The translations under genes and the position numbers were made by a program. Below the pieces are notes generated by a model. It was given only the letters and a program-made list of their open reading frames with translations. It was not told the origin of the DNA and ran no database searches. DNA of 64,000 nt from Octopus vulgaris (lineage: Eukaryota), in the NCBI GenBank assembly GCA_951406725.2, contig OX597821.1:86862001-86926000 (forward strand). Reading direction: 5' to 3'. This document shows, piece after piece, positions 12,670 through 25,792 of the stretch; position 1 is the stretch's first letter, and each line of letters opens with the position of its first letter.

Positions 12670-14934
12670 GTGTTTGTGTGTCTGTGTTTGTTCCCCTAGC
12701 ATTGCTTGACAACCGATGCTGGTGTGTTTACGTCCCCCGTCACTCAGCGGTTCGGCAAAAGAGACCGAGAGAATAAGTACTGGGCTTACAAAGAATAAGT
12801 CCTGGGGTCGATTTGTTCGACTAAAGGCGGGGCCCCAGCATGGCTGCAATCAAATGACTGAAACAAGTAAAAGAGTAAAGAGAGTAATATATTTAAAGAT
12901 CAAAAGAGAAAGTATGAAAATTTGTATTCAATTACCTTGTCATTCAGAAGGCAGTGGAAAATAAAAATAAAAAATCCTTGTAGACTATTCAGAATGTTAA
13001 AAATGTATGCCATGAAGAGTGTTTCTTGGTTTACATAGAATAAACCAAAGATCCAAGTGAGACCAAGCAAAATGATCAGTATCCAAGCAGCTCTGATCCA
13101 TCCTCTGAAATAGAGAAAACAATAGTGAGATATACTAAGAAAGCAATTTGTGACATCACAGTAAAGTGGAGAATAGCAACTGGAGGAGATTCCTGTCTAT
13201 CTCCCTACTTAAACTGATACAGCTAAAATAATAGTAATGATTTCTTATATATGCAAAAAAAAAAAAGATCGTAACATTTGTAGGTAATTAACTACCAATA
13301 ATGCCTAGTACTAACTCTAACTTAATTAGTAATGTTTTGCTTTTCAAGTATACTGACACACACACAAAACAAGAAACATAATTAATAGCCTGAAAATTAA
13401 TTAAAGAACTACTATGGCATGAAAAACACACACATTACCATAACACAGATATTATGATACTTTAATTTAGGATATATTTCAGAAAGATATTTCATCTATT
13501 AAAAATAAATTTATAGAAAAATATTTAGATGTCTTGTTCAAAACCTAATATGCATGCCTTTAATTAACATGTATAATGAAATGAATTAATAAAGAAATGT
13601 ATTCAAGGACCATCTGACACTAACACTTTCATATTCCATTGGGTAGCTATAGATGATCATTAGCAGGAGTATGTGTTCATTAAGATTATAATGACCATAG
13701 TAAACGAGAGCATTTGTATGGAATTGATGGTATGGACCTGAATCCAATATTTTAGTTTCCCATCTCATTCACACAACTATGACATCAAAGAAATAGAGAG
13801 ATGGAATTTTAAAATGAAAATCTATCAGTTATTAATTAGCAAATGACCGAACATTATTTCTTCATGCCTTGTATTCTAAAATATAGGTTTGACCTACGTT
13901 TGGAGGTCTAAGGGAGATCCTCAATTGAGCACAAGTAATATTCCAGATAATCTGGTTCCTCTAAGATGAGTGAGTGAGGCAATGTAGAATGAAGTGCTTT
14001 ATTTGCGGTACAACAAAACACTTGAAACTTAGAGGTTGTAAGTCAGTCCAACACTTTTAGCTCTTGGCTCTCATTGCTGCTCTTTATTTGCTATGATACA
14101 CTAAATGAAATACAAGTTTATTAGCTCTCACTCCTAATGTTCTCAGCATGATTCTGTTCCCATAAATAATTGAGAGTTATTTTCCAAAAAGGTGATTATA
14201 AAAAAAAATTATTTTTTTGGCTTGCTCACAACTGACTGGTCTTTTTTGCACATACACACACTACAAATTATATATATAGGCGCAGGAGTGGCTGTGTGGT
14301 AAGTATCTTGCTAAACAACCACATGTTTCCGGGTTCAGTCCCACTGCATGGCATCTTGGGCAAGTGTCTTCTGCTATAGCCCCGGGCCGACCAATGCCTT
14401 GTGAGTGGATTTGGTAGACGGAAACTTAAAGAAGCCAGTCGTATATATGTATATACTTATGTATGTGTTTGTGTGTCTGTGTTTGTCCCCCTAGCATTGC
14501 TTGACAACCGATGCTGGTGTGTTTACGTCCCCGTCACTTAGCAGTTCGGCAAAAGAGACCGATAAAATAAGTACTGGGCTTACAAAGAATAAGTCCCGGG
14601 GTCGATTTGATCGACTAAAGGCGGTGTGCTCCAGCATGGCCGCAGTCAAATGACTGAAACAAGTAAAAAAAAAAAAAAATACGAATGTGTGTGTGTAAAA
14701 TTATGGACCAAGTTGAACAAACAGAACATGAAGAATTTGCTTATGAAAATATATGGCTCAACAACCAAGTTCTTTTTGTTTTACTTTCTTCTTGCATTTA
14801 AGATATTCAATTTGTGATGAAATTTGTATTAGAATAGATGTATTAAAATATATTTTAAAAGGAAATGATTCTTACTAGTTTATTTCATTTTCTATTTACA
14901 TATCTTAATATTACTTAAAAGCATAACGTATTTG

Positions 14935-14979
<45 letters not shown>

Positions 14980-15324
14980 GTTGTATACTGTCAATCTAAC
15001 GTGAACGTGACAGTAGGGGGTTACACCACCGCTGTTTAGCCCTAGGAAGCGTCGACGCTTCCTGATGACTTTGACACATTTTTTCCTGTGTCCTTATATA
15101 CATTTACGGCTGCTGGGGGTGTTTGTTTCCCCTTCGTAAATGTATATAAGGACACAGGAAAAATGTGTCAAAGCTATCAGGAGGCGTCGATGCTTCCTAG
15201 GCTAAACAGCGGTGGTGTACCCCCTACTGTCACGTCCACGTTAGATTGACAGTATACAACCATTCTATCGCCCCCACCACTGTACATATCTCTATGAGAG
15301 ATTTTGAAATTTAATATTTCTGAT

Positions 15325-15356
<32 letters not shown>

Positions 15357-16222
15357 GAGAGAGAGATGAACAATAAAGTAAAAACAAATAATACAAACAT
15401 AGCAAAACAATTATTTTAAGCTTTATGCTACCACTTTATTAGTTTTATTGAGGGATTAAGAAATTCAAGACCACCCTATATGTATGTTTACGCACATACC
15501 CACACACGTACAGTGTGTGTGTGTGTGGGTGTGAGAGAGATAGAGAGAGTGCGTGAATGCATATGTGTGTGTGTACTTGATTCATAACTAATGTTTAATA
15601 GGGATTAATTCCAAAAGTTAAATATATAAGAATCGTCAAATGAAAAAAATATTGCAGTATGGAAAAAAAATGACAAAAAAAGGTCAAACAATTTATGGCG
15701 TTACACAAATATTCCCATTAAGGAAAATCTAACAGTTCCCTCTCTCCCACGCCCACGCACAATATTACATTTCAGTTACAATAATGCAATTTAAAATAGT
15801 CCGAGTACATTTATCTTTTTATTTTATTAAAAAAAAAAAAAACTATTCTGGAGGGGAAATGACTCTGAAAAATACTTTCGACAAGGGAAATAACCTATCA
15901 AAGGATGTAGCCAGCTACATTTATTTCGACAAATGTGCCATTTAATTTCAAATTACAAAACGAGTGATTTCTAAATTTAGCCCTAACTTTGCAGGTATAA
16001 TCGACTTGGCAAAGATGAAAGGTAAATTTGACTGCAAGATCTGAATCCAGAAAACGAAAGTGATGTAACTAAGCCGTGACTAAAAAGTTTTGCTTTCTGC
16101 CAGCCTACCCATTTTCTGTGTATTTAACTTAAATTTATAGTGAATGAACTCATATTTTTCCAACTCAGAATCAACACCAGCTTGAACAATTCCGTTTACG
16201 TTCGTTCAACAAAATAGCTAAC

Positions 16223-16277
<55 letters not shown>

Positions 16278-16523
16278 CATTCAACAATATAAGGAATGGC
16301 CCTGATAGGCCATTCGACTAAAAGGGTAAATGTTTTTATTTCTCTTTCTATTTCAGAATTACAACTATTTAGCGGTTTGAGTTTGGCTGCTCTTTCTAGT
16401 GAGTCGAATGGTCTATCAGGGCCATTCCTTATATTGTTGAATGTATATTATATAGTCTTTGACTATCTTTTTTTTTCACTAGACCGCTGGTAGCGGAGAA
16501 TTTTTTTGCTACCCTTATATTTA

Positions 16524-16572
<49 letters not shown>

Positions 16573-19500
16573 GCATCCGTTGTCCATGCTGGCATGGGTT
16601 GGACGGTTTGACCAGAGCTGGTAAGCTGCACCAGACTCCAGTCTGATTTGGCATAGTTTTCTATGGCTGGATGCCCTTCCTAACGCCAACCACTTCACAG
16701 AGTGTGCTGGGTGCTTTTACGTGGCACTGCAAGGGCTCTTTTATGTGGAACCACCATGAGTGCTTTACACCACCAAACACTTCTGTTGTGGAGTACAAGT
16801 CTTCTAGAGTATAGCAAAGTGCCAGGCATCTTGGGCCTTTGTCATCTCACCTGGAAGGTTCAACATCCTCAGGTCGTTCTTTAGTACTTCAGTGTGTGTA
16901 TATATATATATGTGTGTGTGTGTGAGATATAATAAAACACTGAATGGAATATAGTGTAATGGCCACCTCCATATGTTTAATCATTTAATAATTGTTATGA
17001 ATACACTGCTGGCATGTGAAAAACACCTTTCAAGTGTTAGGCCTCACAGAGGCAATGACAAATGGCTGAGACCCTTGACCCATTAAGCCATGTGAAATCA
17101 TAGTTGTGGCAGATACTGGTGTCATGCAAATGGTATTTGTGCCGGTGGCATGTAAAAGCACCCATTACATCCTTGGAGTGGTTAGCATTAAGAATGGCAT
17201 CCAATCGTAGGAACCATGCCAAATCAGACTAGAGTCTGGTACAGCCTTCCAGCTTGCCAGCATGGACAATGGACATTGAATGATGATGATGATGATGCCA
17301 GTAACGAATAGCAGCTAACACTAAAATAGACTTTGGAGTTTACTTTTAATTCCCAACCGGAAATTCTTTTCCTATGCAATACAGGTAGAAAAAAATGCAG
17401 GTGCATCACATCCACTAGGTTTTCAATATCATATATTGTTTTTATGTAATCCCTAACTACTAACTGTCAGTAGATATTTAGCAAAACAGATTGATTAGGG
17501 TAATATATTCTTTAATTTATGAAACGTTCAGTATTTCCATATTTTATAACTATGATATGGCTCAGTGGTTAGAACACCAAGCTCACAATCATATGGTAGT
17601 GAGCTTGATTCCCAGACACTTTATTTCACATTGATTCAGTTCATTCAGCTGTAAAATGAGTTGCAATGTCACTGGTGCCAAGCTATATCAGCCTGGTACG
17701 CAGGGGTGACTGCAGGACTTCCATAAACAACCTTGCCTGGAATTATGCCTGAGGGTAACTTGCTAGGTGCAACTCCTAGGGTCATTCATGACTGAAGGGG
17801 GTCTTTACTTTTGTGGGAGTCAAGTTATGAGGAAATTTAACCTGTCAAGTTAAGCTACTTTCCACAAAAAAAATTAAATATTGATACATTTTTTTTACAA
17901 ATTGAAAATAAAATGAATTCTTGATGAAAAAACAAAATACTAGTAAAAGGATGTTCAGCAGAAGTGCATGTTTTACAACCATTTCATTTAATTTGGTTGA
18001 ACTAATTCAAAGCTTACAACTACACATCAAGAGTCCAAGTTGAAAAGCATACAAAACTTACTTTGGCATCATGCAAATTTTAGACACACACACACACACA
18101 CACACACACATATCTGAATATTTTTTTTCTTTTAAAACATCTGAGTTGAAAGGCAGTTTTATTATCATACACACATATTTAAGAGCAAGAATTTTAAATT
18201 TCATGGTAGCAATACATGGTATATGAATAAAGAGAAAGAAGAAGGGCTTAGGTCTAAAAATCTACCAATTCTCCATACAGGAGTAAAAAAAGAACAAAAT
18301 GAGAAAAGGAAAAAAAACAAAAAAAAACGATTGTTCCATGCAAGTATTACAAATAATTTTTTTGATATAAAAGTAAAAAAGTAGAATAAATAAATAAATA
18401 AATAAAGCAGTTACACAACAGAAATGGTAGAGTGCAGCATTAATCGTCTATCACTATTTAGAATTTAAATAAAATTCTACTTGGATGGGACTTAGTATTT
18501 TGTTATTTTACAATCAGTTATGTAGATAACTGAGTATACTTTCTTCAACTAAGGCTTCTCTTCTTAGAAACTATAACCTTATATGCTAAGAAAAAACAAA
18601 AACAATAGTTTCTTTTCGATTCCTTTTGATACCAACTTGTCTGAGACTGCTCCTGGTTTTAGGATACAAACTTCTTGTTTAAAGTGATGAAATTAAAACC
18701 ATCCATTAAAATGTTGACTTAGGTTCTAATACACCAGATTAATAACGACAAAGTTATTTAAGTAAATTCTTCCTTATTTTCAAAATTAATTGAAACCGGT
18801 AGTGAATTTTTAGAGAAATATGCTAACAAAAGTGTCAATATTATTTTATGATTTATAAAAAAACCCTCCAAAAAACCCCATATATTGTCAGTGAGGAATA
18901 TAGAGAAATTAGATGGAACCCTAGTCTGATTGCATTCCCCATCTTTTGATGCTCCTTTTCTTGGCACTAACAAGATTTAAACATGTTTTCCATCTACTAA
19001 TTTTCAACTGTTTGCAATGTTTTACTGGAATTAGAAATTACTAAAATATCTCTTGACATTGTACCTTTTATACAGACCAAAACACAATATATATAACAGA
19101 AATAGTGATATTTCCTTAATTCTTAATACACAAGCTAAAGTCTTTCTTGTGGGAAGAAGTATATATTAACTAGGCAATAATATACAACTGGGTCTACTTT
19201 TACAGAGGCATTGAACCATGCCTGGAACTATCTTATCTTCTATTTCAGTTTCTAACATCGACAGAAACAGGAATCCCAGCTTTCACTTTAATTGTAATAA
19301 TTCTGTAGATGTCAATGAGATATATTGCCCTCTTGCTTCTTATTCATATTATCAAACTCTCTAAAACCAATCCAGTCTCTACTGAAATAATAATAGAAAT
19401 AATCATATTCTGGGATATTGTAAATGTGAAGAACAACAAATACTTGACTCAGTTCCAATATGTTAATACTATGAATTAAATCAACCTTGTTGTGACTGCC

Positions 19501-22500
19501 AACGAGAAATCTAGAAATTAGAATTAGTGATACCAAATTCTAGAGAACATGGCATATCCAGTTTGGTTTCTGTAATATTGTATAAAAAAATCAATGATTT
19601 CTGACTATAATTCATACATAGAGGGATACATTATATGATGTTCATGCCTTTCCAAGAGGAATCTATATGGGAGTCAGATAGCTATAAGTGTTCATTTAAA
19701 TATGTTCATCACATATTTATCTTTTCTTTAGCTAGCCTCTTAGTGTGAAAACAGAGTTTGTCTTTAACGCCACAAAATTAAACAGATGTTGTTAGGTGAC
19801 ATGTGTCAACCATCACAGCCACCAAAAGCTGATACAGTTATCAAACTTGTTAGTATTCTGTCATATATTCTACTACCTTAGCAATTATTTCTATGGATTT
19901 CTTTTCATTACAAATAAGGGTCCCCAGAGTCATAGAGATAATAGATGTGATGCTGCCATATTCGTACCTTGCTCAAGGTTTAGCTAACTTTTGGAAAGTA
20001 AAACAATTCCAATTGAATAGTGAAACCAACTGGGACTTATGTTTTGCTAAAACATTCAACACTTCTCAATGCTACCCATTAATAGCAATACTTTTTAACA
20101 TAAGCATAAATCCCCACCAATAATAATGTCTAATGTTGTCCAGGGCCTGTAATGATAATCCTTTACTTGTTAGACACAAAGACCCATACATTCAATAGAG
20201 AACTTGCTATACAAAAGAGGTTACTAAACATGTAGGGATGTGTGTGTGGTGATGGGTAAAACTTAAAATAGTAAGGCTGATTCAAAATTTGGTATAGAAA
20301 GTCTACATAGAAGAGCAATCCACTGACACAGGAACAAGAAGGCATCCCTTGGCTAGGATCTGGGCATCTCATGATTCTGAGCCACCTTGACCTAGATTAC
20401 TTTCTGGTAAGCGAGTCCTCAACATTTGCCCATGAGCATCTTCAAGTTTTTCGTGAAGCATAAAGCCTTCTACATCTTGTAGCTCGTTAGCTATATATAT
20501 ATAAAACTGTGATGTTGCTTTTTGTTTTGTTTTGTACTAAAAGCTACATCTTATAGCCTTTCCACATCTCAATCAGCATAATATTCCTCTTGTAAATTAA
20601 AAAAAAAATTCATCCTGTATTTTCATCAGGTTACAAAGTTTAACAAACATCAGTTTACTCCTTTATTATCCCAACAGTTTCACTCTTTTCTCAAGTCTCT
20701 ATCTCATTTACAAAAGATGATGGATAATATACATCTCATAAACTCTGGCTAGTCCTGTGCCGAATGGATGTGACCTCATTTTTCAGTCTTCACTGGGTCC
20801 TGGTGTTGGTGGCAATGAGGATGAGGTAATTTTGTTTAATTCCACTGTGGCTATTCTCAGACCTTTGATAAATGGTGCTCTGGAAACATCAATAACAAAA
20901 GCTGCCACCTCTGATGTTGTCTTCCCTTTATCTGAGATGTAGGCCCTCAAGTGGCCTTTACTACATATGTAGCAACTGAGCCATTGCTTTGCAACACCAA
21001 TCTCATTGACCTCATCTTCACACTCTCAAGGGTCCTTAGGAGTCATCAGACTCAAGATATTCTTAGAAGTTCTCACCCAAACATATACATCACCTCTGTA
21101 TGCACAAACAGATTATAGTGTCTCACAAAAGAGATCAGAAACTAAGGGTCAATGTCACTATAAATATTTTTGGGGGCTTTGATCTTCATATTTCTTTTAT
21201 CCATATACAACAGCATCAGTCAGAGAACAGAAGTGTGGGGCATCAGCTCCCTCTCCTTGCCTCATTTTCAGGCACACACTGCCAAACAGCTACTCTAGTT
21301 GATGGAGCAATCATCTTGTCGTGTACTAGTCAGGACTTTCTCCAACTTCTCTTTGGAGGGAATATAGAGATCTCCATACTTTGGAAAGTGAAATATTATT
21401 ATTGTCTTCCTTATGCATTCTAGGATAAATTTGTTGGGTAAGGAGGTACTCTCTTTTGTAATGCAACCCTTGTTCAGTCTAGGGTTTCCTTTTGGTTGGC
21501 AACATTAGCAAAGGGGTAAATTACTGCTGTTGTTGAAGGTGTTGTTGTTAATGTTGCTGTGTAAGTTTGTGTTTATGCTTATCAGTATGTGTTTGTTTCA
21601 TCATTTTGTTTTAGCTTCTCCAAAAATTTGATATGCATTCACAGCTATTGTTTTTTTATTTTTATTTATTTATTTTTTGGCTAGTACTTTCTCTCACTAC
21701 AAATAAACAAAGTGACATGGATATAAAAAAAAAATGCAAATACAATAAAACAAAATATAGAAGGAAGAACCATTTTTCTACTCCAAAATAATGGAGTAGA
21801 CATTCAAATGTTCTGAATTTAGGAGCTAAAATGGATAAAAAAAAAAGGAAAAAAAAAAGACCCCAAAAAACAAACAAACAAAAAATGGAGATCTGAAGCA
21901 AACAGCAACAACAATAATTATTTCTTTCAATTAGGATGATTAATGGTAGTTCTGTATCTGCTTATTAACCAAAGGGCATCCAGTATAAGGGGCTTCTAAT
22001 CGTGTAAACTACTCGGGTGTGTATGATAATAAAAAACAAACAACATATTTAAGTGTTGAACATAGTTAGAGGTATATCTACATGCAAGCATGCTAACAGA
22101 ATGCACCTTAGCAGTGTTGTGCACAATTTTGCATCATTCCTGCTAGGTACCAGTTATTGGGTTGAATTATGTAAAAATTATATTAATTATATTATGATTA
22201 AAGACACAGTTAACAGTATATAGATGGGCAAAAAATATTCCAAGTGCAATTAGTAAGTAATAACAAATAGTCATGCATAGCTGAAAAACTAGAAGCTGCA
22301 TGTATAAACTGAATGAAAATTGAATTGCTAGAAATATGTAGAAATAACACATATCAAAAGAATAATGAAAATAGTATAAAAACAACAAAACAATGACATA
22401 CATATACATGAACAACATTAATTCTGGTGCAGATTACACACACGCACATACACACGCACATACATACACACACACTATACAGATACAGACATATAGATAA

Positions 22501-22941
22501 ACACAGATTTACTTAAATATCCATACATACACATATATTTATATATCCATACATACACATATACTTGTGTATCCATACATATACACATACTTATATATCC
22601 GTACATACACACATACTTATATATCCATACATACACACATACTTATATACATCCATACATACACACATACTTATATACATCCATAAATACACACATACTT
22701 ATATACATCCATACATACACACACATACTTATATACATCCATACATACACACACATACTTATATACATCCATACATACACACACATACTTATATACATCC
22801 ATACATACACACATACTTATATACATCTATACATACACACATACTTATATACATCCATACATACATCATCATCTTATATAACACACACACACACATATAT
22901 ACATACACACACATAAGCATACATACTTAAATGTGTATATG

Positions 22942-22973
<32 letters not shown>

Positions 22974-24524
22974 TATTCATACATACACACACACACATAA
23001 ACAGCAGGCATACATTTAGACCACTTCAAATTACATACATATAATCCACACACAAACATCAACACATACTACACCAAGATACATAAAATTGTGTGTGTAT
23101 ATAAATGCATACGTATATTCAAGCATACATATATATATATACATATTCACATTTGCACACACATATACTATTTTTCTTTTCTTATTTTTTAATTTTTTTT
23201 TTTTTGATTTGCACAGGTAGACAGGTTACATTTAGAACATGCAACTGAATGTCTTACGGAATATCTGCCAGATAGGAGAGTTTGGATTGAGAACCGCACA
23301 GAGCAAGGTCACTGCTTGTGCTCAGGTGTCCACTGCAGCCGTACGGAGGGAAAGAAGGAAGTTGCCATTAGAATTTCACGCAGGCCAAACAAGGGGAGAC
23401 AATACACATCAACAATGAAACAAAAACATGATAATGTGTGAAAAAAAAAAAAAGAAAATAACCCAAACAAAAGTGAAATAAAATAAAAGAAACCTAAAAG
23501 CTACATCATATCATCTAAAATGAAACTAAGGTACAAAGGTTATATATGGGTGTATGCGTGTATGTGTCTATGTATATAAATATATGCACCACGAATACAT
23601 GTTACTAAAACAGCTGTGTGTTAGTTAGTCATATCTCTACACGAATGCATATTTGTATGTATGTATGTCTGTATGTATGTGTGAGTATATGTATGTATTA
23701 TGAAATAAAAATGAAACAAAAGTGGTCAATACAACTTTATGAGACATAACCACTTTCTCATTGCAGACAAACTCGTCGCAACATGTTTGACAGTTTTTCT
23801 GCCATGCACCTTCAAATGACTATGCGGTCTGGATTTTGTTGTACACTATTATTATTTTCCAATGTTTGTAAAAGAAATTTGTCAAGAAACACATCAAACA
23901 GATAATCCATCCTTGTACCTTCATCCAAAATGGATTTCTAAATCAGAAATTGATGTGCACACCTTTGTACATAATGAACAAAAAAAAAAAAAAATTCTCG
24001 GCTGGTTGACATTTCATAGATGACAAGACCAGCTTTTCAAAGTGTGATATGGTCAGTCCACAGACTAGGACCACCTTAAGGCATTGGCAAACCAGGCAGT
24101 TGCCTGGAGGCTTCACCAGTCTAGGGACCCAGTTCTATCTATGTATGCTGTGGGATGCCATCAATAAATAATACCTATAGGGGCCAGTGCATTAATTTTC
24201 CCAGGGACCTTAAATGATGCTAAGACAGCCCTTCCACAAACTGTACAAGATCATATCTGGACCCTTTACCATAGAGAACTTCAACAGCCTGCATTTAATG
24301 GATACTGTTTGATAAGCTATTTGGTTTTCCCTCAAACTGCTGTTAGTTATAGACCATCTTTCAGTATGAGGTGTTCCCTATCAACAGTGATTCCATCAAG
24401 AACATAATGCTGTCCTTTGTAACATCATAAAATCTCTTTCTTAGTTTGTAATGTAGATGCTTAAGTTAGTCCACATTACTCCGTGAAGAGTATAGGGCTG
24501 GTTTCCAAGTTTGTCAGGTGTGTA

Positions 24525-24565
<41 letters not shown>

Positions 24566-25754
24566 ATGTATATATATACATATATTCCTCCCTGGTTGGA
24601 ATGTTGGTTTGTTGCAGGATTACTCCTTTTTATCAGCTGAGTGAACTGGAGCAACATGAAGTGTTTTTTTTTTCCCAAGGGCACAACACATAACCCAGTT
24701 CAAGAATTGAAACTAGCATCATCTTACAATCATGAGTCCAACATCGTAACCACCAAGCCAAGTACCTCCACATCGTAGATGCTTACTGAGAACTAATTCA
24801 CCATGAAGTAATTGCTTTGGAAGTCAGAAATCCCCAAGACATAATATGATCAACCTATCATATACGATACTTGATAGCATATATGATACTTGATCAACCT
24901 ATCATATACGATACTTGACAGAGGCAAGCTTCCATACTGAGTCACTGCACAGTGTGCAGCACTTCTGTGTCAAGTGTAGGAGAGAGTGCCAGCTTATGTT
25001 TAATATGTCTTAGATATGAAGTCCATTTCTCAGATGAGTGCAGAAGGGATCTATCTGGTCAGATGGACTTGAAGTTTTTCTACCAAGCTTTGCATCTAAC
25101 ACTTATTTCTGCAGTGTTCCAAAATCAAAAGAAGCTGTCCCAATGCTTTTACTGATCTCAGAACCTAGGGATCCATCCCTAGAAGCAGGACTGCCAAGGT
25201 ACACACACACACAAAAAATGCACAACATAAATCTGATCCTTTGGACAAATATATTCAGCTTAACACATGGCTCTACTGGGACAAGTTTTCACAGCTACTT
25301 CAGACTTATTGTAAGAATAAAAACAAAACAAGCATGAAAGGAGTGGTGCATTATTTCATGAACATCATTGTCTGAGTGAGCCACAAGGTTGCAACCATCA
25401 GCATACAAATCAAGAACTACAACTATAAAGTTATCTCTAGCACGCACACACACACAAATACATACATAATCATCATCATTTAATGTCAGACTTCCATGCT
25501 AGAATGGGTTGAACAGTTCAACAGGGTCTAATGAGTTAGGACTGTATTCTGTTCCTATGCTTACTTTAGGATGGTTTCTATGGCTAGAGGTCCTTCCTAA
25601 CATCAGCCATTTTACAGCATGCACTGGGTGCTTTTTTTTTCCATGGCAGTGACCCTAGTAAGGTCATTATGCAGCCTGTAAGATTAAGATCTACTTTGAG
25701 TAAGGGAGGCTACAGTAGAGAAGGCGGTGGCTTCATACTATGAGATGAGGGACT

Positions 25755-25792
<38 letters not shown>

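Noticed and set aside
15062-15068. CTGATGA box in the 14972 hairpin as a hammerhead core
   Set aside because: No properly placed stem II/GAAA/stem III, and the opposite arm reads CTGATAG
20300-21460. Higher-complexity stretch with ORFs up to 107 aa
   Set aside because: No recognisable motif or phase-compatible splice sites; possibly an old degraded retroelement, but I cannot support a call
22513-22863. Regular repeats resembling a CRISPR array
   Set aside because: Tandem units without unique spacers in a eukaryotic intron; no cas genes
24848-24918. 27-bp direct repeat gatcaacctatcatatacgatacttga
   Set aside because: Simple local tandem duplication with no further structure
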